From NCBI RefSeq assembly GCF_001194135.2, contig NC_069008.1, forward strand, positions 12,751,279 to 12,815,278: a stretch of 64,000 bases of DNA, in the 5' to 3' direction. Origin of the DNA: Octopus bimaculoides (taxonomy: Eukaryota). Below the pieces are notes generated by a model. That model worked only from the letters and a program-made list of their open reading frames with translations. It was not told where the DNA came from and searched no databases. This document shows positions 23,318 to 35,774 of this stretch, in pieces. The stretch's first letter is position 1. Each line of letters begins with the position of its first letter. A program made the translations under genes and the position numbers.

Positions 23318-23538
23318 GTAAGATATAATAATATAGATGTTTTAGCAAAAGTAGTTAAACTTGGTTAATGTGAAAATGATTTGGCGTTGCTTGTTAGACA
23401 TCGTCATTAATTCTATTCTCTACCACTTGATCTAAAATCCATGGTTTAAGACATAAGTGTATTCTACTATAGCCTCGGGCCGACCAAAGCCTTGTGAGTG
23501 GATTTGATAGACAGAAACTGAAAGAAGCCCGTTGTATG

Positions 23539-23576
<38 letters not shown>

Positions 23577-24099
23577 CGTGTGTTTGTGTTTCTGTGTTTG
23601 TACCCCTACCATTGCTTGACAACCGATGCTGGTGTGTTTACGTCCCCGTAACTTAGAGGTTCGGCAACAGTGACCAATATACTATACATATATTTATTTG
23701 TATTAACCATTATAATATACATCTTAAAAGTAGCATGAAACATTTCACTTGTTCTGGTAAATATTTATTTCTACGGTTTATCTCTACAGGAAATATAGTA
23801 AAGTTTATACTGTTGTATTTTAAGTTTTCTCTATATCTTATACTGTCATTTTTGTACTATTTCAGAATAACAAATGACATAGGCATCAAAGAATTGTGAA
23901 ATCAGAAACATCATAACTATCTTTTGGCAAAACACAAGCAAATATTTTTTCTGAACTGAGGTGGATAAAAGTAATTCTATTCTCAACTGTCTGCGTACAA
24001 GAGGATTATGAATTCAAATTAAACTTGGATACTTTTAAAAAGGAGTTTGCAACCAGCTTCAGATACTGAAAAATATTACAATTGTAGAAATATTTCTTT

Positions 24100-24455
24100 A
24101 GCGTGGCTGTGTGGTAAGAAGTTTGCTTCTGAACCACATGGTTCTGGGTTCAATCCCACTGCGTACATCTTTGGCTAGTGTCTTCTAATATAATGTTGGG
24201 CTGACCAAAGCCTTGTGTGTGGATTTGGTAGACAGACACTGAAAGAAGCCTGTTGTGTGTGTGTATATATATATTTATGTGTGTATGTCTCTATTTGTCC
24301 CCCCGCCACCATCACTTGACAACTGATGTTAGTGTGCTTATGTCCATGTAACTTAGCAGTTTGGAATAAGTACTAGGATTGATTTCTTTGACTAAAATCC
24401 CTTGAAGGCAGTGCTCCAGCATGGCCACAGTCAAATGACTGAAACAAGTAAAAGA
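24100..24455 (+). mobile_element. Octopus tRNA-derived SINE inserted in ZNF3 exon-2 leader (partial copy also 23450-23680)
   Basis: gtggctgtgtggtaagaagtttgc..microsatellite..ccagcatggccacagtcaaatgactgaaacaagtaaaaga. Confidence 0.8.
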
Positions 24456-24717
24456 ATAAATGGAAAGAAGATAAACATGGAAAATGAACTACATGAACCT
24501 GAGTTTAGGTTTAACCCTTCAGCATTCCAACTAGTTGTATCCAGCCCAGATATTCTATCTGTTTTATGTTCAAAGCAGCCGAATCCAACCTCACACACAT
24601 ATCTTACAATGATATTCTAAAAATAATGAGTTATGAGACAATGCATGATTAATTTAAAACAATGTGAACAAATAAGCATTAGATTTAATAGAGTAATTTG
24701 AATGCTAAAGGTTTTAA

Positions 24718-25330
<613 letters not shown>

Positions 25331-26284
25331 ACAAGAAAGACTGTACCAATGTCAAAATTCTGGTTGTTAAGCATAGTTTCAATAAATCCCAAATCTATTT
25401 TGTATAGTATTTAATATAACTTTATTAGTCTTTATTGTCCAAAGACATGCTGTTGCCCACTCTGAACTCATTGTTTATATATNNNNNNNNNNNNNNNNNN
25501 NNNNNNNNNNNNNNNNNNNNNNNNNNNNNNNNNNNNNNNNNNNNNNNNNNNNNNNNNNNNNNNNNNNNNNNNNNNNNNNNNNNNNNNNNNNNNNNNNNNN
25601 NNNNNNNNNNNNNNNNNNNNNNNNNNNNNNNNNNNNNNNNNNNNNNNNNNNNNNNNNNNNNNNNNNNNNNNNATCTCTCTTATTTATTTCTCTCTATCTG
25701 TATATATATTATCTCACATGCATTGCTTTCATTTTGCTTAAAACTTTGTCTCCTGTTTACTTTCATTTTATCACAACTATTACACACAAATCCTGTTTTC
25801 TGAATGGGTAAAAATGATCAATCTTTAAACCTCTGTAACATTTATCTATAATTTTTCTGGAATAAATGGATCACACACTTGAATTCAGCATGAGAAAGGG
25901 CATCAATATACCAAATTTGAAAATTTTCACTTAATTTTAAAATTTCAAAATCTGTGACAGCAACAGAAAAGATGTCTATCTTCTTTCATTTTTCGCTATT
26001 TTCATGTTAAAAAATTTTCCTCTCTCTATACATTTTTACCACACTCTCCCACTCACTACTGTGTGTGTTTGTCTATATAGTGTATGCATGTGTGTGAAGA
26101 ATTTCAATAGGCCAACAGACTGATTTAAAAAAAGGTGTGTAAAAGATAATTTATTTTAATAGCATACTTTTGTTAGTAAATATGTTTTTTCATACATACA
26201 CATGGACTTGGTTGATGCAGGGTGGGGGTTCAAAATTTAATAAGAATTTTTGGTTTGTTGTTACTTATATCCCAACAATGGATA

Positions 26285-26745
26285 CCACATCATCATCATC
26301 ATCATCATCATTTAACGTCCGTTTTCCATGCTGGCATGGGTTAGACGGGTTGACTGAAAACTGGTAAGCTGGGAGGCTGCACCGGGTTCCGATTTGATTT
26401 GGCAAAGTTTCTATGGCACAGTATATCACCAACCATCTTGGTCACCTGTCACTGCCTCCATGAGGCCCAACACTTAAACAGCACTTTTTATGCGTCACCA
26501 GCACAGGTGCCAGTCAGATGGCACTGGCATCGGCCATGACTACAGTTTTACTTGGTTCAACAGGTCTTCACAAGCACAGCATATCAGCTAACGACTGAAG
26601 CGTGCTTTTAACAGGCCAGTTATGTGACACTGGCATCAGCCATGACTATGATCTCACTTGGCTTGATGGTCCTTCTCAAAGGTCTCAGTCACTTGTCATT
26701 GCCTTTGTGAGGCCCAACATTTGAAGATCATGCATCACCACTATC
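26285..26745 (-). mobile_element. RTE LINE 3' end
   Basis: (CAT)n tail, 3' UTR repeats, HDLQMLGLTKAMTSD. Confidence 0.75.
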
Positions 26746-27529
26746 ATCATTCCATAAAATGTGCTTATGCGGAGAAAAATATTGTAAAACATCAATACAT
26801 GTGAGAGTAACAAAGAAACGAGGTAGCAGGTGGTCGTGGGATGTGCTAGAACAACAACTAAATGTTCTACACATATGTATGGTGAAGGATAGGAGAGCAG
26901 GTGATGCACAATTGTATGTAAACTGTTTTGCAAAATTTAAAAATTTTAGTTACTTTCCACTCGTGTTTTACCAAATATATCTGAGCTTACTTTTAGGTCT
27001 TCAGAAATACAAGCTCATATAGTGGTGAGGAATAGTGACTAGGATGTACTTCCAATCCCTTATTAACAGTGAAATAGGATATAGTATCTTGTCAGCTCAG
27101 AAATTGTGAGAGATAAATGTTATGGTGGTTTTTGAAGGTTTACTTACTCGCACTAAAGAAATGAAATCTCTCACAACTAAAGTTTGGAATCTATGCCTGT
27201 TAATATCTGGAAATCCAATGCTTTTGGGCTCGTATCTAGAAGCACAAACATACACACACACAATGTTCATGACTTCTATAAAGCTGGACCAACAAACCTC
27301 TCATCCACAAAAGAAAGAAATTTAGTTCATCATCCTCAGACACAGCATAAAGCATTGGGTATGATTTCAATATGACATGCTATGGGGGAGAGGAAATAGA
27401 TACCAGGAACACCCTGCTTTTTCTTTTAATCTTTTCTCAATTTCCCTTTAGAGCTTATTCAAATTTTAATTCCAACTTCAGCTGTAATATTTTTAAGCTT
27501 TCACTTATGTACTTTAACAGGATCAATTA

Positions 27530-28625
27530 ATTGATGCAATGTTATTACCAGTTCAAATGTGCCAGTAGCTTGTTTGGACTTGTAAACAAGGCATTCACTG
27601 TGTTTTGTCATGGAGAAATTTCTTTCTCACTGTAGACAAATGCTGTAAATACACCCAAATCAGCACATAGTGCCACCTATCCTGACTGTGAGCTACAAGC
27701 ATTTCAGAGTGGTTCTCTTCTCTTCAGTCACAGAAACTGAATGTTATGCTATTCCAGTCAACATATGTTGGCTGGTTGTGCAGATTGACGGCTCGTCGAT
27801 TAAATTATGGATTGGGAATGCTAAGCAATGATATGTATAAATGCAATATTATGACCAGTTTGGATATGTGAATAGCACGTTTGGACTCATAAGCAAGCTA
27901 TTCACTGTTTTGTCATGGAGAAAATGTTTTGCTGTAGATGAACTGTGTCTACAAATAGCTTGTTTACAAGTCTGAATGTGCTACTGACATATTCCAACTG
28001 GTAATAACATTTCATTTATACACATCACTTGTTCGCACTCCCACCCTATAATTTAATTATGATGAACCATTGATTTGTGCAACCAGCTGATGTATGTTGA
28101 CTGGAACGACATAAACTATCTCTCTTACCTGCTTGTGCCACTGTCCAGTTTCTGTGACTGAAGAGGAAATGACCATTCCAAGATGCTTGCATCTTACAGT
28201 CTGGATAGATTGAGCTGCGAGCTGACTTAGGTGTGTTTTTACTGCATCTGCAGTTATACATATAATTTGAATTAAGAATTTCTGATTGAAAATAAAGTAA
28301 AATAAATAGTTGATATATGCAGAAGGTTATATAATTGGTTTTTTGGTAAAATTTAAAAAATTTGTTCTTATTTGGCTTCTTTATCATTGATACTTTGAAA
28401 TTTTAAAAGTAAACAAGGATTAGACACCCCATTATTTTTTTAGTGTTAAAGTCGATTTATTTTACCTGATATTATAATGATAATTAATTGTTATTAGTTA
28501 TTGACCATTTGTCTATAGTGAGAAATTTTCTCCATGACAAAACACAGTGAATGGCTTATTTACAAGTCTGAATGTGCTATTGGTATATTCAAACTGGTAA
28601 TAACATTATATTTATACATATCACT
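27530..28625. repeat. ~1.1 kb imperfect palindrome (U-M-U | U'-M'-insert-U')
   Basis: Exact inverted matches: 27593-27618/28527-28552 (26 nt), 27720-27739/28146-28165 (20 nt); centre ~27947. Confidence 0.8.
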
Positions 28626-28884
28626 ACTTAATGCTCCCACTCAGCAATTAATTAATATCTTTCCTGTGCAAGCATTTTTCTTGCTAGTCCAGATAAAGAA
28701 AAAAATGTATTTGTTATTGAGACAAAACTTAGAAATTATAAAATCTAAAACAGTTGATGTTTTTTTTTCCACCCGTATAAATTGACACAAAAATAAACTA
28801 CATAAAAGAAAATTTCCAATGCCAAATCCAAGATGAAGGAGAAAAATACCAATAAAGCAGCAGTAGAGAAATTAAATAATGTCA

Positions 28885-29139
28885 GTTAGAAAGCTGTACA
28901 ATATATATGAGTCAACCAGTTTGAGGCAGAAGAGGTCGTCACATTCATATTCTTGTGAAACGCATTGAGCACAGCACAAATCTCTTTGTAGATGAAGCCC
29001 AAGATGTACTCAACGAATGACAAACTAAGCATCAGGTGGCCAACTGGGTGATGTCTTGGAGTTTGTCATGTAGACTCTTGTGATTAAGCTTGGTGTCTTC
29101 CTTGTCCAGTTCTTTGCTGCTCTTGCTTCATCCAGACAT
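28885..29139 (-). pseudogene. H4: Histone H4 pseudogene
   Basis: MSG*SKSSKELDKEDTKLNHKSLHDKLQDITQLAT*CLVCH then (frameshift) ILGFIYKEICAVL aligns to H4 [54 protein letters not shown]; LYSF remnant of TLYGF near 28895. Confidence 0.8.
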
Positions 29140-30343
29140 GATGATCAGGAGGAGAGTGAGAGAAAAACAAGTAGTAAATAGCTATGTTGAGAAATGTTTT
29201 TTATAAAGAATAAATTACCAAAAAACAAAAACAGTTTAATAAAATTTGTAATTTCAAAAAAAAATGTTTTGAAATGCAAATAATACGTTTAACCAGTATT
29301 GCTTCATAATTTTCAGATTTTCAGTTCGATGCTAAGAAGTCACATTGTCTTACTTATTTGTTGGTAAGCTGGCTAAGTCACTGAATTTGAACCGTTTAGC
29401 TTGACTGTGACTGGAACTCGACTTTTACATGTAACTGACACTTAACTCCAACTGAGAACTTGTACGACTGACATACAACTCCCTTTACTGGCTGATGTCA
29501 TGTCACTTTATAGTGGCTACATCATACCACTTGTCCCATTGCTACTACAACACTTTCCTTTTGGATCTTTCGATTATCAATTCAAATTCTGCTAAGACTA
29601 ATGTGGCCTTTCATCCTCTCATAGTTGTAACATCTTGACATTTTTGTCAAATGAGGTACAGGCATACAAGTGAACTATCAGCTATGTGGACACATTTCTC
29701 TCCTATGACAGCAATATTCTCTCAGTGTCCTGCAATTTAAAACACTTCAAGTCTCTAGTCCTCATATTGCAGAACGTTGGCAAACCTCATCTGTGCTTCC
29801 CCACTGGCTAAATATACCTGTCTCCTTCATAACAGTAACATATAGTTTGAAGTAGATAAGCAAATACTCTTTTAGCCATCATCTAACCTCTCTTCTGAGG
29901 ATCAAATACTCGATCTGGCTAATTACTGTGCCAGCAACTACAACTCTTTACATAGAAAACAAACAAAATGAAAATACATGCATCTTAAATGCTTTGACAG
30001 AGCTTTTTCTAAATCTTCCAAAATATCATGGAGTAAAAATAATGGAAATATGTTAATTTGCCCTTAATTAAATTAAGTAGTTTGAACATTTTTATATAAA
30101 TCTTTTGATATTTACACCTATTTATTCAATTTTTTGCTGAGATGCTAGTTTCAGTTTTTTTCTTTTACTTTTAATTAGCATTTCGAAAACATCAGGAAAT
30201 ATAACTATTATTCTGCTATGTGTAAAACTAACCACAATGAGGATGTTTTGAAATGTTGATTATTGTGTATTAAAAATCTACGTGAGAGAGGATGCAATCC
30301 ACTATTAAACCCAAAATCCCTTTTCTGTCGACTAGTTTAACTA

Positions 30344-30603
30344 CAGGATGCCCCCCCCCCCCCAAAGGACATGGCAACAAGATGGAGCAAAGGCCCATAG
30401 AGCCAAGGACACTATTACCTGGCCCAGAGCCAATACTCCTGACTTCATTGAACCTAACGAATGACCCTCAAACACTTCAGATCTCAGCGTAATGGATTTT
30501 ACTATGTGTGGCTTACTACTACATCAACTTCAGTTAGAGAGGAGAGAGGTGAGACATACAATACTTAAAAACTATGTTGGTGGAAGCTTGGAACTATATC
30601 CTG
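30344..30603 (+). mobile_element. Tc1/mariner DD37D (maT-type) transposase catalytic fragment
   Basis: WQQDGAKAHRAKDTITWPRANTPDFIEPNE*PSNTSDLSVMDF: 37 residues between QDG Asp and MDF Asp; absent from paralogous upstream blocks. Confidence 0.7.
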
Positions 30604-31269
30604 TTTGCTGTTATTCAAAGGGCGACTGGAAGTTGGCTAGATCGTCTACGTCGTTGTGCAATAAAAGTCCTCGTCTACAGTTTGTCTCTTGCAAATTAAC
30701 GGGCAGGCGTAGTAATCTGCCATCTATGTCTGAGGTAGCTAGTGTGCGGTCAATCGTACTGCCTCGCTCATAGATGTGTAGCGTACGCTACAGACGTACG
30801 GACTCACCACTGCAGAAGAGAAAAGAGTGTGCCCTTTTTGCAATCAGTCAGTCAGCCAGCCGAAAACTTCGACGTCATTACCGTCAGCAAACAGATACCA
30901 TGACCGCCGGCGAACAGATCTTCACATTTCACACCAGCCTTTGTTCCACCGGTTACAGCTTGTTCGTTTTTCTTACATCCTTAGCACTGTAACTTCTGAC
31001 CTACTTGTGCAATTGTAAGTTTTTATGGCTTCGCTCTGACTCTCTCTCTCTCTATATATATACGCTCACTTTGCTCAGCACTTGTCAACAATCCCAAATA
31101 AATTACTATGCTATGTTAACAAAATCCGAAATTTTTTTTAAAAAAATGCATTTTTCAAGGAGAGGTTCGATTCTGCATTAGCCAGTCTTCTGACATTTAT
31201 TCCTGCATACACTTTTTTCCACGTTATATTCGGAAATTGTTACATTCGAAGACTCGGTTTTAATTTATG

Positions 31270-31434
31270 CCTTTTGCAAGTTTCAATTGGCAACTCTTTC
31301 CTTCTACCGGAGAATTTAAGAAATACACAGCATATAAAGGGGGACAACTTCATTCTTTGTCCGATGTATATGATAGGCAAGAGGTCGATTGAATTGTTGC
31401 TGATAGCGCACTGACTAATTGCATGTGAAGAACG
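31270..31434 (+). promoter_or_regulatory. Family-B promoter cassette and short exon 1 (ZNF4)
   Basis: Inverted CCAAT (ATTGG 31286-31290), TATAAA 31333-31338, donor AACG|GTAAGT at 31434/31435; conserved at 39560-39723 and 50545-50693. Confidence 0.6.
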
Positions 31435-32539
31435 GTAAGTTGACAAAGATTTACTTGAATAATCTGTAATAATGTATGTGAGAGAATTGTTATACAGTGA
31501 ATCCTTCAACAAGTGAAAAACACCTGACAACATTGATACAAAGATATTTGCTCTCGGAAGTCCTCGTTTTGTTGACTTTTACAGGATAATACTTCCAGAC
31601 TGAAATATCGATCTGTTATTCTTAGACGCATGCCATTGTTACATGTGAAATAATATAACGAGATAAATATTTGATAGATTATTTTTATATTCCGAAATCA
31701 TGGTTTAAGCAGCTCATATAACTCCTTATAACTCTTATTTTTTGGAATTCCTGAGAAAATTTTTGCGAGTTTGTATTCTCATGGAAATCGATATGGTTAT
31801 GCGACAATCAAAGGAAAAAGAATTGCTGGAGAGTGATTTAAGAACAGCTATCTGCTGTTCATTTTAGCCCATCTTCCCCTTCTACTTCTTGTTTGTCAGT
31901 CTTATTTTTCAATGTCTTCTTCCCATAAACACATTTAGGCATAACTACAGCTGTGGGTACTCCGAGAGGATCATTAAGAAGAGTGGACTCGCGCTAGTCA
32001 CATGGCTGCGAGTATACAGATGTGTAACCGCACCGACTTTGTTGCCTCATAACTTCCAGAAAAATGGATATTTTAAACGAAATTTTCAACAAATACCGTT
32101 TAGATGCTGTGAATTCAGAGTATATAGAGATTCATGGGAAATAATTTTTGGGAGGGGTGGAGACGAATTTCGGAAAATTCACGTTCCGACTTGTTTTTCT
32201 CATAACTTTCTGGAAAATGGCGAGCTTTTTAATGAAATTTTATACAAATATCTTTCAAACGGCATAGATTACGATTATAAAGAAATTTGCGTGGAGTTTC
32301 GGATCAGGAAGACCAAATTAGTTGGAACTACTCCGTTTTGATGGAGATTTTCCCCAGTTTTTTTTCATTTCACCTCTGCCTTCGAAATGACCTGCTAAAC
32401 TTGCTGCAAAACCCTTATTTTTGTTCGGAAAAAGGGGGTGGGTGGAAATCTGAACCCCCACCCTATCTCGGAATCATTGGAAATTTTTTTCTTTGAATGA
32501 TTTCCGGTGACCTCCTAATATGCCACAAAACCCTAGCTG

Positions 32540-33270
32540 TGGCCAGTGCCCCAGACTGGCTCCTGTGCCAGTGGCATGTAAAAAGCACCCACTACACTCT
32601 TGGAGTTGTTGGTATTAGGAAGGGCATCCAGCTGTAGAAACATTGCTAGATCTGATTGGAGCCTGGTGCAGCCTCCTGGCTTGCCAGTCCCCAGTCAAAC
32701 CGTCCAACCCATTTCAGCATGGAAAGGGGACGTTAAACGATAATGATGAGGATGATGACTTTCTTTCTAACTTCTTCCCTGTTTTCCACCACCCTTCTTC
32801 ACTCATATATTCTGATGGAGAACAGAGACCTGAATGACTCATTCCTGTTCAAGCAGGAAAACGTGTCCCTCTAGTTGTGTTTCTGACTTTTTCTATTTTT
32901 CATTATGCATGTTCAGTACATATTTTTCTCTGTCTGTCTGTCTGTATGTATGTATCATCTTCACCAGCATTTAACGTCTGTTGTCCATGCTGGAAAAGGG
33001 TGGACAGTTTGACCAGGGCTGGTAAGCTGGAAGGCTGCACCAGACTCCAGTTTCATTTGGCATTGGTTTTCTACAGCTGGTTGCCCTTCTTAATGCCAAC
33101 CATTCTGAGAGTGTAATGAGTGCTTTTATGTGCCATTTGTGTGACACCAGTATCTGTTACGACTGTGATTTTGCTCGGTTTGATGGGTCTTCTTCTCAAG
33201 CACAATATAATGCCAAAGGTCTTGGTCATTGCCCAACACTCTGAAGGAGCTCAGCTGCTTTGCCTCCATA
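32540..33270. mobile_element. Two RTE 3' ends in opposite orientation (32540-32760 +, 32960-33270 -) in ZNF4 intron
   Basis: aagggcatccagctgtagaa..cgttaaacgat on +; catttaacgtc..ttctacagctgg on -. Confidence 0.75.
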
Positions 33271-33860
33271 TACAATATCATATATGTATATACACATATA
33301 CATGCATGCACACNNNNNNNNNNNNNNNNNNNNNNNNNNNNNNNNNNNNNNNNNNNNNNNNNNNNNNNNNNNNNNNNNNNNNNNNNNNNNNNNNNNNNNN
33401 NNNNNNNNNNNNNNNNNNNNNNNNNNNNNNNNNNNNNNNNNNNNNNNNNNNNNNNNNNNNNNNNNNNNNNNNNNNNNNNNNNNNNNNNNNNNNNNNNNNN
33501 NNNNNNNNNNNNNNNNNNNNNNNNNNNNNNNNNNNNNNNNNNNNNNNNNNNNNNNNNNNNNNNNNNNNNNNNNNNNNNNNNNNNNNNNNNNNNNNNNNNN
33601 NNNNNNNNNNNNNNNNNNNNNNNNNNNNNNNNNNNNNNNNNNNNNNNNNNNNNNNNNNNNNNNNNNNNNNNNNNNNNNNNNNNNNNNNNNNNNNNNNNNN
33701 NNNNNNNNNNNNNNNNNNNNNNNNNNNNNNNNNNNNNNNNNNNNNNNNNNNNNNNNNNNNNNNNNNNNNNNNNNNNNNNNNNNNNNNNNNNNNNNNNNNN
33801 NNNNNNNNNNNNNNNNNNNNNNNNNNNNNNNNNNNNNNNNNNNNNNNNNNNNNNNNNNNN

Positions 33861-34737
33861 AGAGAAACCACAATCAAGATATCAGTGCAATATCTGTAAA
33901 ACGTTTTTCACTTACAAACATAGTTTAACTACACACAAACGTATACATACAGGAGAGAAGCCATTTCACTGTGATATCTGTGGTGAATCATTCTCTGTTC
34001 GAAGTGACTTAACTAATCACGAACGTATTCATTCTGGAAAGAGGCTATTTCACTGTGATATCTGTGGTAAATTATGCTCTTGTGGGAGTGCCTTAATATC
34101 TCACAAGCGTATTCATACAGGAGAGAAACCATTTCACTGTGATATCTGTGGTAAATCGTTTCTTTTCAAAAGTTCTGTAGCTCCTCACAAGCGTATTCAT
34201 ACTGGAGAGAAGCCATTTCAATGTGATATCTGTGGTAAATCATTCACTGTTGGAAGTGCCTTAATAACTCACAAGCGTATTCATACAGGAGAGAAACCGT
34301 TTCACTGTGATATCTGTGGTGAATCATTCTCTCGAAGTAGGAATTTAACTGATCACAAGCGTATTCATACTGGGGAGAAGCCATTTCACTGTGATATCTG
34401 TGGTAACTCATTCTATCGAAATAGGACTTTAACTGATCACAAGCGTATTCATACAGGAGAGAAACCATATCAGTGTGATATCTGTGGTAAATCATTCTCT
34501 CAAAGTAGGACTTTAACTGATCACAAACGTATTCACACAGGAGAGAAACCATATCAGTGTGATATCTGTGGTAAATCATTCTCTCAAAGTAATGTTTTAA
34601 CCAAACACAAACGTATTCATACTGGGGATAAACCATATCAGTGTGGTATCTGTGGTAAATCATTCTCTGTAAAAAGTAAATTAATTATGCACAAACGTGT
34701 TCCCACAGGGGAGAATCTTTATGATTGTGCTATCTAG
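33861..34737 (+). CDS. ZNF4: C2H2 zinc-finger protein, 9 fingers + 1 degenerate (family B); 5' end hidden in gap
   Basis: [25 protein letters not shown]..; start codon expected ~33853 by alignment to ZNF6; last finger H->P (HKRVP). Confidence 0.88.
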
Positions 34738-35094
34738 GGTAAATCATTCTCTTGAAACTGTCTCTCAAATAGACATGTATGTGTACAAAAGTGTGACTAT
34801 ATTGTCAGAGATCATTGCATCTCATAACAACCAACGTTTTCAGATCTGTTTCTCTGATAAATCAGGAAATGGCAGTGTGATTTTTAACAGTAATCCATAA
34901 ACTCTTCACTATAATCATACTCATTGTTCTATCTTTGAGGTTGTATTTTATTCCATATTCTTTGTAGCACTTTTAGAAACCTCTTACAACATACAAGGAA
35001 TGTGGTATTCTATCTGTATCTAGTTTTAAAATAAAACTGCATAGAAATACTCTGTCAAAATTGATTCTAAAAATACTTATTAAATGTAACTAAA

Positions 35095-35402
35095 GTGGAG
35101 GCACATGGCCTAGTGGTTAGAGCAGCGAACTTGCGGTCAAGGGATCGCAGGTTCGAATCTCAGACCAGGTGATGCGTGTGTTTATGAGCGAAACACCTAA
35201 ATTCTAAGCGGCTCTGGCAGAAGGTAATGGTGATCTTCTGCTGTCTCTTTCGCCACAACTTTCCCTCATTCTTTCCTCCTGCATCTAGCAGCTCACCTGC
35301 GACAAACCGCGTCCCATCCAGGTGGGAAACCTATTCGCAAATGAAACCGGGAAACCAATCCTTATGAGCTGAGCATGGCTCAAGAAGGAACAAACAACAA
35401 CA
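35095..35402 (+). mobile_element. Full-length tRNA-derived SINE, (CAA)n tail, TSD AATGTAAC
   Basis: A/B boxes tggcctagtgg, ggttcgaatc; empty site in ZNF6 paralog at ~57780-57800. Confidence 0.8.
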
Positions 35403-35774
35403 ATGTAACCATAAATAAAATTATATAACCACAAATGTATTCACACATAACAGAAAATCTAACAGAATGTCAGAACAACCACCCAACGATATATCTTATA
35501 TTTGGAGGTATCCTCCATGTTACAGCCACCTCAAATTTTGCCCTAATGGTAATTTTAAAGTATGACCACTAATTTTGGGATAGGAACTGTAAATTTGCTC
35601 TTAAGGAAACTCATTGCGTAGTTTAAAACTGCACTTTTCGCATAGCTCAGTGGCCACTTGCACTTTAGTTAAAATCAGCGTATAATAGCTAGGAATTTGA
35701 AAAACTAATATTATATTAACACACACATATGCATAGGTATATATAATGAACATAAAATGAGTGTGTGTGTGTGT

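Noticed and set aside
29080-29139. APOBEC-like G>A hypermutation of the H4 pseudogene
   Set aside because: G>A excess is confined to the Gly-rich start where G dominates; C>T changes are common further on; ancestral codons are only inferred; general CpG/GC>AT decay suffices
35095-35170. Bona fide tRNA genes at SINE heads (also 20734, 16050, 22510)
   Set aside because: No complete acceptor stem; heads run into SINE bodies, several with TSDs
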